64,000 bases of DNA from an uncultured Bacteroidota bacterium (GCA_937901965.1 CALGSW010000010.1:83775-147774); one strand, 5' to 3'. Shown: positions 48,629-59,197, counted from the stretch's first letter. Made by a program: numbers and translations. Notes: generated from the letters alone by a model not told the origin.

Positions 48629-49699
48629 ATGCGATATAAAATATTGGCTATTAATCCGGGATCAACTTCTACAAAAATTGCTGTTTTTGAGAACCATAAT
48701 CAAATATTCACACATACCCTAAGGCATTCAAACGAGGAGCTCTCTCAGTTTGAAAAAATATCTGATCAGTATGAGTTTAGAAAAAATGCAATTGTCAAAA
48801 CACTACATGACAATAGTATTGCTCTTGATGAACTTTCTGTTATTGTTGGAAGAGGTGGGCTGCTTAGGCCAATTAAGTCCGGTGTATATGAAGTGAACGA
48901 GAAAATGGTTGAAGATTTGAAGAATGGGGTTTCCGGAGAACATGCAAGTAATCTTGGAGGCCTGATTGCAGCAAATCTTGCAAAAGAATCGGGTAGGTGT
49001 AAGGCCTATATCGCAGATCCTGTTGTTGTTGATGAACTTGAGCCAGTCGCAAGAATTAGCGGACACCCGCTTTTACCAAGAGTATCAATTTTTCATGCAT
49101 TAAATCAGAAAGCTATTGCCAAGATGTATGCAAATTCAGAAGGTCAAAAATATGAGAATCTTAATCTGATAGTAGTGCACTTGGGTGGAGGAGTATCCGT
49201 AGGAGTTCATAAGGAAGGAAGAGTAGTTGATGTAAATAATGCCCTAAACGGAGAGGGCCCGTTCTCCCCTGAAAGATCTGGAACCTTACCGGCTCTGGGG
49301 TTGGCTGAGATTTGCTTTTCAGGGAAATATACATTTTCTCAGGTTAAAAAGATGATAACAGGAGAGGGAGGACTAGTCGCTCACCTTGGCACAAATTCAT
49401 TTAACGAAGTTGAAAAAAGAGTAGCAGAGGGTGATGAAAAATTTTCTCTTATTTCAGATGCTTTCGGTTATAACGTTGCAAAAGCAATAGGTGCTGCATC
49501 AACAGTACTTTCGGGTAATGTTGATGCAATTCTTTTAACAGGTGGAATAGCATATAACACAAAGCTTATGGAGAAAATATCTGATATGGTCTCCTTCATT
49601 GCTCCTGTAAAGATATATCCGGGAGAGGATGAAATGGCAGCATTGGCGATGAATGGTCTTGCTGTTATTTCCGGAGAGGAGAAGCCATCAGTCTATTAA
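48629..49699 (+). CDS. buk: Butyrate (branched-chain acid) kinase
   Basis: LAINPGSTSTK, GRGG, HASNLG, FHALNQKA, HLGGG, GPFSPERSG, YPGEDEM. Confidence 0.96.
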   Translation: MRYKILAINPGSTSTKIAVFENHNQIFTHTLRHSNEELSQFEKISDQYEFRKNAIVKTLHDNSIALDELSVIVGRGGLLRPIKSGVYEVNEKMVEDLKNGVSGEHASNLGGLIAANLAKESGRCKAYIADPVVVDELEPVARISGHPLLPRVSIFHALNQKAIAKMYANSEGQKYENLNLIVVHLGGGVSVGVHKEGRVVDVNNALNGEGPFSPERSGTLPALGLAEICFSGKYTFSQVKKMITGEGGLVAHLGTNSFNEVEKRVAEGDEKFSLISDAFGYNVAKAIGAASTVLSGNVDAILLTGGIAYNTKLMEKISDMVSFIAPVKIYPGEDEMAALAMNGLAVISGEEKPSVY

Positions 49700-49722
49700 A
49701 TGTTGAACAATTTCTTAGTTAG

Positions 49723-49755
49723 TAAAGCATTCTGTTAATAAGTCAGAATGCTTTA
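49723..49755. terminator. Bidirectional hairpin between buk and the substrate-binding protein gene
   Basis: TAAAGCATTCTG...CAGAATGCTTTA, a 12-bp stem. Confidence 0.75.
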
Positions 49756-50841
49756 TTATTTTAAATGGATGTAATATTTAGGGATGTAATTTTTTAAAAT
49801 ATCAGGATGAAGAATTGATATTAAATCTTTTAAGATGATATCTGGTTCAATTACGCCACTTTCCCAAAACTGACTTCCCCCATCAGGAGTACTTAGTTTA
49901 ATATTATTATAAACTCTCTTATTAGTAACTGGATATATATTACTGAATAGAGGAGTAGCATTTGTAAGTTCTTTCATTGAGGAAATTGAATTTGGATTAA
50001 CCCAAACTTCAGCATCTTTTGAGAGAATAAAGACCTCTTCAATACTAAATGCCTGAGTGTAAGAAGAATTATCGGCAGCACCCAGAATCATTCCACCGGC
50101 ATCTTCTATTAATAAATTCATATAACTCTCTTTGCCAGGAATATACCATACCTCTTTCCAGGGTGCATTTATTAATACCTTTGTTCTATTAAGATCAGAT
50201 GTAATCTTTTTTAAATCTAAGTATTGTAACTTTTTTTCATTGTAGATGGAATCTGCCTCGTTCTCTTTGTTCAGCAAGGCACCGAACAGTTTAATGTATT
50301 CAAGCTTTCCCAGAGGATGATTTTCCAAATAATCACCGAGAGCAATGACGTTTATGTCAAATTGTTTAATTTTATCAATGTATTGATTGTTTTCACCATC
50401 AATACCATATGTCAATACAAGATCAGGGTTAAGAGATAATAAAAGTTCATAATTTAATGAACCTTCATAGCCAATATCTGCTATCCTGCCGTCTGAAAGT
50501 CCTTGTCTAATGTAACTACTTGACACGTATTGTCCACCAGAAACACCAACAATTCTTGAAGCCTCACCTAAAGCCTCAATATATGAAATATGACTTGTAG
50601 ACATGCAAACAATCCTATTATACTCTATATCAGTATTCAATACAGTCCAACCTTCACTTCTCCCTTTCTCAGGCATTGACTTTATAGATATTTGAGAGTG
50701 ATCAGATTTCTTATGAATGCCAAAGTTTGCAGCGTATTCACAATTTGGACCTGCAGAATTGGTCGTTTTGTTTTCGCCGGCTCTAATGCATGAAGAGAGG
50801 GAAATAATGATAAAATATATAATGAACGGATATAATTTCAT
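49756..50841 (-). CDS. Fe-siderophore/cobalamin-type ABC substrate-binding lipoprotein (BtuF-like)
   Basis: Lipobox SLSSC; RIVCMSTS, NYELLLSLNPDLV, ENHPLGKLEY, FWESG...PDIILKDL. Promoter box TAACTTTG on the - strand at 50858-50865. Confidence 0.85.
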   Translation of the reverse strand: MKLYPFIIYFIIISLSSCIRAGENKTTNSAGPNCEYAANFGIHKKSDHSQISIKSMPEKGRSEGWTVLNTDIEYNRIVCMSTSHISYIEALGEASRIVGVSGGQYVSSSYIRQGLSDGRIADIGYEGSLNYELLLSLNPDLVLTYGIDGENNQYIDKIKQFDINVIALGDYLENHPLGKLEYIKLFGALLNKENEADSIYNEKKLQYLDLKKITSDLNRTKVLINAPWKEVWYIPGKESYMNLLIEDAGGMILGAADNSSYTQAFSIEEVFILSKDAEVWVNPNSISSMKELTNATPLFSNIYPVTNKRVYNNIKLSTPDGGSQFWESGVIEPDIILKDLISILHPDILKNYIPKYYIHLK

Positions 50842-50888
50842 TACTCTAAATTTTATCCAAAGTTACTAATATTTACTTTCTTTGCATT

Positions 50889-52163
50889 ATGAATGATTAT
50901 GATATAGTAGTTGCAGGAGCAGGAGCAGCCGGTCTTATGGCATCAATAGCTGCTTCTCAGATGGGAATGAGGGTGCTTCTTCTTGAAAAAATGGAGAGAC
51001 CCGGAAGAAAAATTTTAATCACAGGAAAGGGGAGATGTAATATTACAAATACAAAAGTTTGGAACGAATTTTCAAGACATATATATCCAAATTCCAGTTT
51101 TTTTAAACCTGCTTTCAAATCATTTTCAAACAAAAAATTAATAGAATTTTTTGAGGAAATTGGACTAAAATTAGTTATTGAAAGAGGAGACCGGGTTTAT
51201 CCATCATCAGGAAAGTCTCAAGATGTTGTAAATGTGTTAATTAATAAATTAAACTCGCTTGGGGTTGATCTAAAAACTCATTCTAAACTTACTAATATTG
51301 AGATAAAAGAAAACAGGATTACTGAAGTTAAATATGAAACTCCGGAAGGCTCTTTGGCTATTTCCCCTAAAGCATTAATTATTTCTACCGGAGGATTTTC
51401 ATACCCATTAACAGGTTCAACTGGTGATGGCTATATAATTGCAAAAAAGTCTGGAATTGAATGTACTAAATGCCTGCCTTCATTAACTGCATTGATGCCA
51501 TTTAAATACAATAGAAAACTTGAAAAGTTGGTACTTAAGAACGTTAAAGTAAGACTTTTTATTGGCAAAGATTTGGTCCAGGAAGAATTTGGTGACGCAG
51601 AATTTACAAATAATGGTTTTGAGGGTCCAATCGGATTAAAAATCAGCAGAAAAGCTGTAAAAGCATTTTCAGATGGAAACAAAGTCTCTCTCTTAATAGA
51701 CTTAAAACCTTCGTTAGATGAGACTCAGCTTATTAATAGAATTATTAGAGAGTTCGCTGACAGTGACAAAATTCATATAAATACATTGTTGAGAAGACTC
51801 CTTCCAATTCAATTGGTCGACCAATTTATTAATGAGCTAGGGATGGGTAAATCAAAAATACTATCAAAAAATTTACCTGGGGAGATTCATAAAATAGTTG
51901 ATTTAATTAAAAATTGGACGTTAAATATTTCTTCATATACAGGATTTGAAAGATGTGTTATCACTTCTGGAGGTATTGCTCTTGATGAATTAATCTCTAA
52001 ATCAATGGCTTCAAAAAGAATTAACAATCTCTTTTTTGCTGGGGAGGTAATTGATTTAGATGGAGATACTGGTGGATATAACCTTCAGATTGCCTTTTCA
52101 ACAGGACATCTCGCAGGTATATCTGCGGCTTATTTAATTGAAAAATCGAGGAGTTTCGTATAA
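50889..52163 (+). CDS. HI0933/BaiN/YhiN-family FAD-dependent oxidoreductase
   Basis: GAGAAG, GRKILITGKGRCNITN, TGGFSYPLTGSTGDGY, TSGGI, GGYNLQIAFSTG. Confidence 0.93.
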   Translation: MNDYDIVVAGAGAAGLMASIAASQMGMRVLLLEKMERPGRKILITGKGRCNITNTKVWNEFSRHIYPNSSFFKPAFKSFSNKKLIEFFEEIGLKLVIERGDRVYPSSGKSQDVVNVLINKLNSLGVDLKTHSKLTNIEIKENRITEVKYETPEGSLAISPKALIISTGGFSYPLTGSTGDGYIIAKKSGIECTKCLPSLTALMPFKYNRKLEKLVLKNVKVRLFIGKDLVQEEFGDAEFTNNGFEGPIGLKISRKAVKAFSDGNKVSLLIDLKPSLDETQLINRIIREFADSDKIHINTLLRRLLPIQLVDQFINELGMGKSKILSKNLPGEIHKIVDLIKNWTLNISSYTGFERCVITSGGIALDELISKSMASKRINNLFFAGEVIDLDGDTGGYNLQIAFSTGHLAGISAAYLIEKSRSFV

Positions 52164-52705
52164 TCCTCTCTCATATTACTTTTAAATAATGTAATTAAGT
52201 TTCCCTTATTTATATCAAGGTATACATTATCAACCAGCACTACCAGGTCTCCACTTTTAAGAATAAATACTCTTGATATTTTTTCAATAGCAAGGTTAAT
52301 CTTATTTGTAATATTTGAATCAAGATTTAATTTAACAGTATTTATGCCATTTGAAAGTAAGATACATTCGTTACCATAATTTTCTGTTAAATCCATATTG
52401 ATATCAATATGATAGAGACTTTTTTCCAGAGATGAAAAGTGTGTAAGCTCCTCAAGGACTATGTGCTTTTTAAGTAAACTTGAATGAATAATATTTGCAG
52501 CAAAATCTATTTGATTGTAATATCTTTCTGAAAACTTTGCGTTGATTCCTTTTCCACTTTTCGTAATCCTTACTGCAAACCCCGGTTGAATTATTAAGTC
52601 GTTAATATAATCAGGGTAATAAAAATCATCATTGTTATTACACAAACACGTATCTGGCTTAAAATAAAAGTTTCCGTCAGTATTATTTAGAATGAATAAA
52701 TTCAT
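52130..52705 (-). CDS. Degenerate fumarylacetoacetate-hydrolase-family protein
   Basis: YFKPD, FYYPDY, RITKSGKGI..KFSERYY, LKSGDLV; sits in the conserved position after the dnaN-exonuclease pair. Start moved to the ATG at 52705. Confidence 0.7.
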   Translation of the reverse strand: MNLFILNNTDGNFYFKPDTCLCNNNDDFYYPDYINDLIIQPGFAVRITKSGKGINAKFSERYYNQIDFAANIIHSSLLKKHIVLEELTHFSSLEKSLYHIDINMDLTENYGNECILLSNGINTVKLNLDSNITNKINLAIEKISRVFILKSGDLVVLVDNVYLDINKGNLITLFKSNMREDYTKLLDFSIK

Positions 52706-53456
52706 AATACAACCTTGTGAGAACTTGTTTTGTGTCAAGCGTGAAGTCACCTTTCATCATCCAATCGTAATAACTTTGTTCATTTTTGAAGATTTCAAAC
52801 ACTGGTTTTCCCTTATGCTTACCAAAGTTAAATACAGGCACTTCCTTTTCGTTAAGAGCAATTCTTCCGGCATAATCTAACAAGTTGCTTCTAGTTGAAA
52901 ATTTAGATAAAAAGTCAACATTATTCTCAAGAGTTGTTGAATACATGTCAAGCTGTGACTCAAGTATTTCAAATGTTGCAACTGTGTCAGCTTCTGCAGA
53001 GTGTGCATTGTCAAGATTTTTGTTACAATAAAACTTATAAGCAGCTGACAGAGTCCTTTGCTCCATTTTATGGAAAATTACCTGGACATCTACCAGCTTT
53101 CTTTTTCTGAAATCAAAATCAATACCAGCTCTCAGAAATTCTTCAGCAAGCATTGGTATATCAAATTTAATTGAGTTGTATCCTGCAAAATCACAACCTT
53201 TCATCCAGGTTGCCAGACTTTTTGCTACCTCTTTAAATGTAGGACAATCCTTGACATCGGCATCTGAAATTCCATGAATTGCCTGAGCTTCAGGGGAAAT
53301 AGGGATTGTGGGATTTAACCTTCTGGTTTTTAGTTCTTGATCTCCGTTTGGTAATATTTTTAAAGCACTAAGTTCAACTATCCTGTCAGAAGATATGTTT
53401 AAGCCCGTACTCTCTATATCAAAAAAAACAATTGGATTTTTTAAGTCAATCTTCAT
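52683..53456 (-). CDS. dnaQ: DEDDh 3'-5' exonuclease (DNA polymerase III epsilon-like)
   Basis: FFDIESTG, AGYNSIKFD, AHSAEAD; C-terminal FGKHKG domain. Confidence 0.88.
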   Translation of the reverse strand: MKIDLKNPIVFFDIESTGLNISSDRIVELSALKILPNGDQELKTRRLNPTIPISPEAQAIHGISDADVKDCPTFKEVAKSLATWMKGCDFAGYNSIKFDIPMLAEEFLRAGIDFDFRKRKLVDVQVIFHKMEQRTLSAAYKFYCNKNLDNAHSAEADTVATFEILESQLDMYSTTLENNVDFLSKFSTRSNLLDYAGRIALNEKEVPVFNFGKHKGKPVFEIFKNEQSYYDWMMKGDFTLDTKQVLTRLYYEFIHSK

Positions 53457-53467
53457 TTAAGGATACT

Positions 53468-54595
53468 TTATGCATTAACCATCATTGGCATGAGAAGTGC
53501 TAAAATTTCCTCTTGAGGATCCACCGGTCCGGCAGCTAATATTAACGCAGCCCTTGATGGTTCGGATAATTCAAGTGAGATATCTGTATATGGTAAATTT
53601 GTCAGAATTTCTATAAGGAATGTAGACTTAAATGCAATTTCCATGTTATCACCCTCATACTGGCAAATTAAATTTTCGTTTGCAGATATAGAGAAATCAA
53701 GATCCTGAGCGGAGAGTGTTAAAGTATTATATGTTAACTTGAGCCTTACCTGGCTGCTAGCCTGATTTGAACAAACTGCAACTCTTCTTGCTGAATTCAG
53801 AAAATCAAGTCTGTTTATAACAAGTTTGTTAGTGTTGTTTTTAGGTATGACTGATTTATATGCCGGATAGTTGCCTTCCACAAGCCTACAAACCAGATTG
53901 AATGACTCAAAAACAAAAGTGGCATTGCGATTATCAAATTTTATGATAACATCTTCGTCCGCTTTTCCAAGGATGTTTTTTAGTACAGATGATGGTTTCT
54001 TTGGCAGTATGAATGAGGAGCGACTCTCTGACTTTATGTCATGCCTTGTGTAACATACAAGTTTATGAGCATCTGATGCAACCAGAGTCGTGTTTGATTC
54101 ATCAATATCAAAGTAAATTCCATTCATTACTGGTCTAAGTTCCTCTTCAGCTGTGGCATATAATGTTCTGTTAATGCCTTCAAGAAGTATTCGGGAATTA
54201 ATTGTAATAGTTGTGCAACTTTCATCCAGCTCTGGAATAGATGGATAATCTTCAGCTGTAGTATATGGAAGCTTTGCATTACCTGTTGCCCAGGTAATGT
54301 CAAGAATTAATTGATTATCATTTGTTTTAAATTCAAGTGGCTGGTCAGCAAATTCCCGGAGGGAATCAACAAGAAGTTTAGCAGGAACTGTTATCTCTCC
54401 CTCTTCAGAAACATTCTCAATAGTCATACTTGTCTTAAGTGTAGTCTCAAGATCAGATGCTGTAATTGATAATGTTGAATCCTTTAATATGAAAAGGAAA
54501 TTGTCAAGTATGGGTAGTGAGTTTTTTGAAGATATAACTCTGGTAACTGATTGAAGTCTTGCAAGAAGTTCAGTGCTCGATACAACGAATTTCAT
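53468..54595 (-). CDS. dnaN: DNA polymerase III beta clamp
   Basis: LPILDNFL, ASDLE, RPVMNGI, VASDAHKL, RLVEGNYP, LLMPM. Promoter box TATCTTTG on the - strand at 54613-54620. Confidence 0.97.
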   Translation of the reverse strand: MKFVVSSTELLARLQSVTRVISSKNSLPILDNFLFILKDSTLSITASDLETTLKTSMTIENVSEEGEITVPAKLLVDSLREFADQPLEFKTNDNQLILDITWATGNAKLPYTTAEDYPSIPELDESCTTITINSRILLEGINRTLYATAEEELRPVMNGIYFDIDESNTTLVASDAHKLVCYTRHDIKSESRSSFILPKKPSSVLKNILGKADEDVIIKFDNRNATFVFESFNLVCRLVEGNYPAYKSVIPKNNTNKLVINRLDFLNSARRVAVCSNQASSQVRLKLTYNTLTLSAQDLDFSISANENLICQYEGDNMEIAFKSTFLIEILTNLPYTDISLELSEPSRAALILAAGPVDPQEEILALLMPMMVNA

Positions 54596-54675
54596 ATTAT
54601 TCCAATTTTAAACAAAGATAATAAAAAATAGTTATGGCATATAATTTGATTTTCCCACTAAAAAAAGAGATATGT

Positions 54676-56106
54676 ATGAAAAAAGTATTTGTTTATTTAT
54701 TAGCTACAGCATTAGTAAGTGCAATTACAGCATTTGCAGTTGTTAAACTAACAGACACAAAAAACAGACATTTTAATGAGAGAGAGAGTAATGTTCCTAT
54801 TCACAATGTAACCCTTTCAGATCAGTTGTATCCCGATTTTACATTTGCGGCTGAAACTGCAGTTAAGGCAGTTGTACATGTTAAAGTAACTAAAAAGGGG
54901 AATGAGCAACCATTTACCATTTATGATTTCTTTTTTGGTTACGGAAACCCCGGAATGGCACCAAGAAGCCAGATAAATTCCGGCTCAGGAGTAATTATTA
55001 CATCTGATGGTTATATTATTACAAATAACCATGTTATTGATGGAGCGGACGAAATTCTTGTAACATTAGACGATAACAAATCATACAATGCAAAACTAAT
55101 TGGAAAAGATCCAGTTACAGATATAGCACTACTTAAAATAAATGAAGATAATCTTCCATACCTGTCCTTTGGAAATTCTGATTCTCTTAGATTAGGAGAA
55201 TGGGTTATTGCAATTGGAAATCCATATAATCTAAGATCTACCATAACTGCAGGAATCGTGAGTGCCAAGGCAAGAAGTATGCCTGATGGCGGTGAAGATT
55301 TTAAAATAGAGTCATTTATACAAACAGATGCTGCCGTCAATCCTGGGAACAGTGGTGGAGCGCTTGTAAATACAAAGGGAGAACTAGTTGGAATTAATAC
55401 TGCTATAGCCTCAAGAACAGGGTCATATACAGGTTATTCTTTTGCGGTCCCATCTTCAATTGCTAAAAAAGTAGTTGAAGACTTAATTGACTTTGGAGTT
55501 GTTCAAAGAGCACTATTAGGAATATCAATGCAGGACATTGACGGACAATTGGCAAAAGAGAAAGGGTTATCAAGTACCTCAGGTGTATTTATCGCAGAAG
55601 TCGTCAGAGGTGGTGCCGCAGAAAAGGCCGGCGTTAAGGAGGGAGATGTTCTAACAGCAATAAACGGTGTTAAAGTTAATTCCGGACCTGCTGTTCAGGA
55701 GCAGATTAGTAAATTCAGACCAAAAGACAAAGTTGATTTAACTCTAAATAGAGATACTAAACAAATCAGTCTCACTGTTGTTTTACAAAGCAAGTCAGGG
55801 TCAGATGGTGCTGTATCGGACAGTAATGATGGTTTATATAATCTGTTTGGAGCACAACTTAAGACTGCCAACCCTGAAAAATTAAAGAAGCTGTCACTTA
55901 AAAATGGTGTTGAAATTGTCTCAGTATCAGGGGGTAAATTCAAAGCTACAGGCATAAAGAGTGGATTCATTATAACATATGTAAACCAAACTCCTGTATA
56001 TAAACCTTCTGATATTGAATTAATAGCTCAGTCCAGCAGACGTTCTCTGTTAATTGAGGGTGTATACCCAGACGGTTCAGTTGTTTATTATGGAATGGGG
56101 CTTTAA
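54676..56106 (+). CDS. degP: HtrA/DegP serine protease with two PDZ domains
   Basis: SGSGVII, TNNHV (His), DIA (Asp), NPGNSGG (Ser). Start moved to the ATG at 54676. Confidence 0.93.
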   Translation: MKKVFVYLLATALVSAITAFAVVKLTDTKNRHFNERESNVPIHNVTLSDQLYPDFTFAAETAVKAVVHVKVTKKGNEQPFTIYDFFFGYGNPGMAPRSQINSGSGVIITSDGYIITNNHVIDGADEILVTLDDNKSYNAKLIGKDPVTDIALLKINEDNLPYLSFGNSDSLRLGEWVIAIGNPYNLRSTITAGIVSAKARSMPDGGEDFKIESFIQTDAAVNPGNSGGALVNTKGELVGINTAIASRTGSYTGYSFAVPSSIAKKVVEDLIDFGVVQRALLGISMQDIDGQLAKEKGLSSTSGVFIAEVVRGGAAEKAGVKEGDVLTAINGVKVNSGPAVQEQISKFRPKDKVDLTLNRDTKQISLTVVLQSKSGSDGAVSDSNDGLYNLFGAQLKTANPEKLKKLSLKNGVEIVSVSGGKFKATGIKSGFIITYVNQTPVYKPSDIELIAQSSRRSLLIEGVYPDGSVVYYGMGL

Positions 56107-56132
56107 TTTTTGCTGCTTCTCTCATTTTTTTA

Positions 56133-56140
56133 TAGCTTTG
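56133..56140 (+). promoter_or_regulatory. -7 promoter box for rpoD
   Basis: TAGCTTTG, 17 nt upstream of the ATG. Confidence 0.65.
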
Positions 56141-56157
56141 CAAGATAATATGTATAC

Positions 56158-57018
56158 ATGAGACAACTTAAGATTACAAAATCAATTACAAACAGAGAGA
56201 GTGCCTCTTTAGATAAATATTTACAAGAAATAGGAAGAGAGGAACTTATAACTGTTGAGGACGAAGTAGAATTAGCCCAAAGAATAAGGAAAGGAGATCA
56301 GGAAGCCCTGGAAAAATTGACCAGGGCTAATCTTCGTTTTGTGGTTTCTGTTGCGAAACAGTATCAAAACCAGGGACTTAGTCTCCCAGATCTTATAAAT
56401 GAAGGAAACTTAGGTTTGATAAAAGCGGCCGAGAAATTTGACGAAACCAGAGGATTTAAATTTATATCTTATGCTGTATGGTGGATCAGACAATCAATTC
56501 TGCAGGCCCTGGCAGAGCAATCAAGAATTGTCAGACTTCCTCTTAATCAGGTAGGTTCGCTTAATAAAATTAATAAAGCACTTTCTAAGTTTGAGCAGGA
56601 AAATGAGAGACTTCCTTCTCCTGAGGAGTTGGCGGTAATATTGGATATTCCCAGAGAAAAAATTGCTGATACACTCAGAGTATCGGGGCGTCATGTTTCA
56701 GTAGATGCTCCTTTTGTAGATGGTGAAGATAATAATTTGCTGGATGTTCTCCCAAATACAGACTCACCTAATGCAGACAGAGGACTACTAAACGAGTCTT
56801 TAAATAAAGAGATTGAGAGAGCTCTGTCTACACTTACTGAAAGGGAACGTGATATTGTTAAATATTTCTTTGGAATAGGCACAACTGAGATGACTCTTGA
56901 AGAGATTGGGGAACATTTTGGTTTGACAAGAGAGAGAGTAAGGCAAATTAAGGAGAAGGCAATCAGAAGACTCAGGCATAGCGCCAGAAGTAAACTGCTT
57001 AAATCTTATCTTGGCTAA
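56158..57018 (+). CDS. rpoD: Primary sigma-70 factor, Bacteroidota type (no region 1.1)
   Basis: [58 protein letters not shown]. Confidence 0.97.
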   Translation: MRQLKITKSITNRESASLDKYLQEIGREELITVEDEVELAQRIRKGDQEALEKLTRANLRFVVSVAKQYQNQGLSLPDLINEGNLGLIKAAEKFDETRGFKFISYAVWWIRQSILQALAEQSRIVRLPLNQVGSLNKINKALSKFEQENERLPSPEELAVILDIPREKIADTLRVSGRHVSVDAPFVDGEDNNLLDVLPNTDSPNADRGLLNESLNKEIERALSTLTERERDIVKYFFGIGTTEMTLEEIGEHFGLTRERVRQIKEKAIRRLRHSARSKLLKSYLG

Positions 57019-57045
57019 TTAATAACAATAATAACCTAATTATTT

Positions 57046-59154
57046 ATGAAAAAACTTCTATTTGCTATGGTTGCTGCCGGAGCACTTTTTACTTCCTGCG
57101 GTCCCAAATCGGAAACCAATCCTCTGCTTGAAGATTGGAACACACCATTTGGAATTCCACCTTTTGAGAAAATTAAAATTGAGCACTTTATGCCTGCTTT
57201 TGTTGAGGCAATGAATCAACATAAGCTAGAGATTGATGCAATAGTAAACAATACAGAAGAGCCAACATTTGAGAATACAATTATTGCTTATGACAATGCT
57301 GGCGCACTTCTTGACAAGATTTCACCGGTATTTTCACATATAAGTGGCACAGATTCTAATGATGATGTCTTAGCATTAGAAAAAGAATTATCTCCATTGA
57401 GAAGCAAACACTTCAATGAAATTAGCCTCAATCAGGGACTTTTTGAAAGAGTAAAGGCTGTATACAATAAAAAAGACTCTCTCGGTCTGGATGCAGAGCA
57501 AATGAGACTCTTGGATGAGATGTACAAAGGTTTTGTAAGGAATGGTGCTGATCTTCCTGAAGACAAAAAAGCTGAATTGAAGAAAATTAATGAAGAAATC
57601 TCTGCACTTCAACTTCAATTTGGTCAGAATCTACTGGCGGAAACCGGTTCCTACAAGCTCATCATAGATAATGAGGCCGATCTATCTGGCTTATCTGATG
57701 CTATGAAGGCTGCAGCTGCTGCAAGAGGAGACAAGGATTCAACTACAATGGGAAAATGGGTTTTTGGTCTTGATAATCCAAGTATAATCCCATTCCTTCA
57801 GCAGGCAGACAACAGAGAGTTAAGAAAAGAGATTTTAAATGCATACCTCAACAGATGCAACAACAATAACGAGTTTGACAATAAAGAAGTCATAAAAAAA
57901 CTCATAGACTTAAGGCTTAAGAGAGCTAAATTGCTTGGTTTTGAAAATTTTGCACAATACCAGCTTGAGTCCAGAATGGCTAAAACTGAAGAGAACGTTT
58001 ATAATCTTCTTAATCAACTTTGGACACCGGCACTGGAATCTGCTAAAAGAGAACTCTCGGATATGAGTATAATAGCAAAAGAGAGTGGTCTTAGCGGAAA
58101 TCTTGAGGCATCTGACTGGAGGTACTATTTTGAAAAGGCAATGGCGAAAAAATTTGATCTAAGTGATTCTCAGCTTAGGCCATATTTCAAACTAGAAAAT
58201 GTGAGAGATGGTATATTTTATGTTGCAAATCAACTTTACGGGATAACATTCACACAACTTTCAGATGTTCCTATGCCTCACGCTGAGTCCACTGTATATG
58301 AATGCAAGGACGCAGATGGATCTCACCTTGGTATTATTTATATGGACATGTTTGCCCGTCCCGGGGCAAAAAGGGGTGGCGCATGGTGTAGTGGTTTCCG
58401 TTCACAAACTTATAAGAATGGAGAGAGAGTTGCTCCTTTAGTTCTTATTGTTGGTAACTTTACAAGACCTGCTGCAGAAGGACAACCGGCACTTCTTAGC
58501 ACTGACGAGGTTGAAACATACTTCCACGAGTTTGGTCATGCTCTTGCCAGCTTACTTAAAGACGTACATTATTATGGAGTTGGAGGTATGACAAGAGATT
58601 TTGTTGAACTTCCTTCACAGATAATGGAGCACTGGGCTTTTGAACCACAGGTTTTGAAAGAGTATGCAAAACACTATGAAACAGGTGAAGTGATTCCACA
58701 AGACCTTGTTGAAAAGATAGTTAACGCAGGGAAATATGGTCAGGGGTTTGCTACAGTTGAGTACCTGGCAGCTTCTCTTCTTGATATGGATTATCATATT
58801 CTTAAGGAGATACCTGCAGATCTGGACGTTACCAAGTTTGAGGCAAAAGTACTTGGAGATAGGGGGTTGGTGTCTCAGATTCCACCAAGATACAGAAGCA
58901 CATATTTTAGTCATACATTTGGAGGTGGTTACACTGCTGGATACTATTCATATATTTGGGCGGAAGTTCTTGACAGTGATGCATATCAAGCCTTTGTTGA
59001 AACCGGTGATATTTTTAACAAAGAGGTTGCAACTAAATTCAGAAAAGAAATTTTAGCCAGAGCAGGCCAGGACGAAGCTATGAATTTATATGTTAATTTC
59101 AGAGGAAAAGAGCCTGGAATTGAACCACTACTTAAAAATAGAGGTTTAAAGTAA
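57046..59154 (+). CDS. dcp: M3 metallopeptidase lipoprotein (peptidyl-dipeptidase Dcp-like)
   Basis: Lipobox ALFTSC; FHEFGH zinc motif; DFVELPSQ; YTAGYYSYIWAEVLD. Confidence 0.9.
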   Translation: MKKLLFAMVAAGALFTSCGPKSETNPLLEDWNTPFGIPPFEKIKIEHFMPAFVEAMNQHKLEIDAIVNNTEEPTFENTIIAYDNAGALLDKISPVFSHISGTDSNDDVLALEKELSPLRSKHFNEISLNQGLFERVKAVYNKKDSLGLDAEQMRLLDEMYKGFVRNGADLPEDKKAELKKINEEISALQLQFGQNLLAETGSYKLIIDNEADLSGLSDAMKAAAAARGDKDSTTMGKWVFGLDNPSIIPFLQQADNRELRKEILNAYLNRCNNNNEFDNKEVIKKLIDLRLKRAKLLGFENFAQYQLESRMAKTEENVYNLLNQLWTPALESAKRELSDMSIIAKESGLSGNLEASDWRYYFEKAMAKKFDLSDSQLRPYFKLENVRDGIFYVANQLYGITFTQLSDVPMPHAESTVYECKDADGSHLGIIYMDMFARPGAKRGGAWCSGFRSQTYKNGERVAPLVLIVGNFTRPAAEGQPALLSTDEVETYFHEFGHALASLLKDVHYYGVGGMTRDFVELPSQIMEHWAFEPQVLKEYAKHYETGEVIPQDLVEKIVNAGKYGQGFATVEYLAASLLDMDYHILKEIPADLDVTKFEAKVLGDRGLVSQIPPRYRSTYFSHTFGGGYTAGYYSYIWAEVLDSDAYQAFVETGDIFNKEVATKFRKEILARAGQDEAMNLYVNFRGKEPGIEPLLKNRGLK

Positions 59155-59170
59155 AATATTATAAGAGTTT

Positions 59171-59197
59171 AAGGGCCGGAATTTTCCGGCCTTTTTT
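59171..59197 (+). terminator. Rho-independent terminator
   Basis: GGCCGGAA/TTCCGGCC stem plus TTTTTT; the TATATTTG promoter box follows at 59200-59207. Confidence 0.88.
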
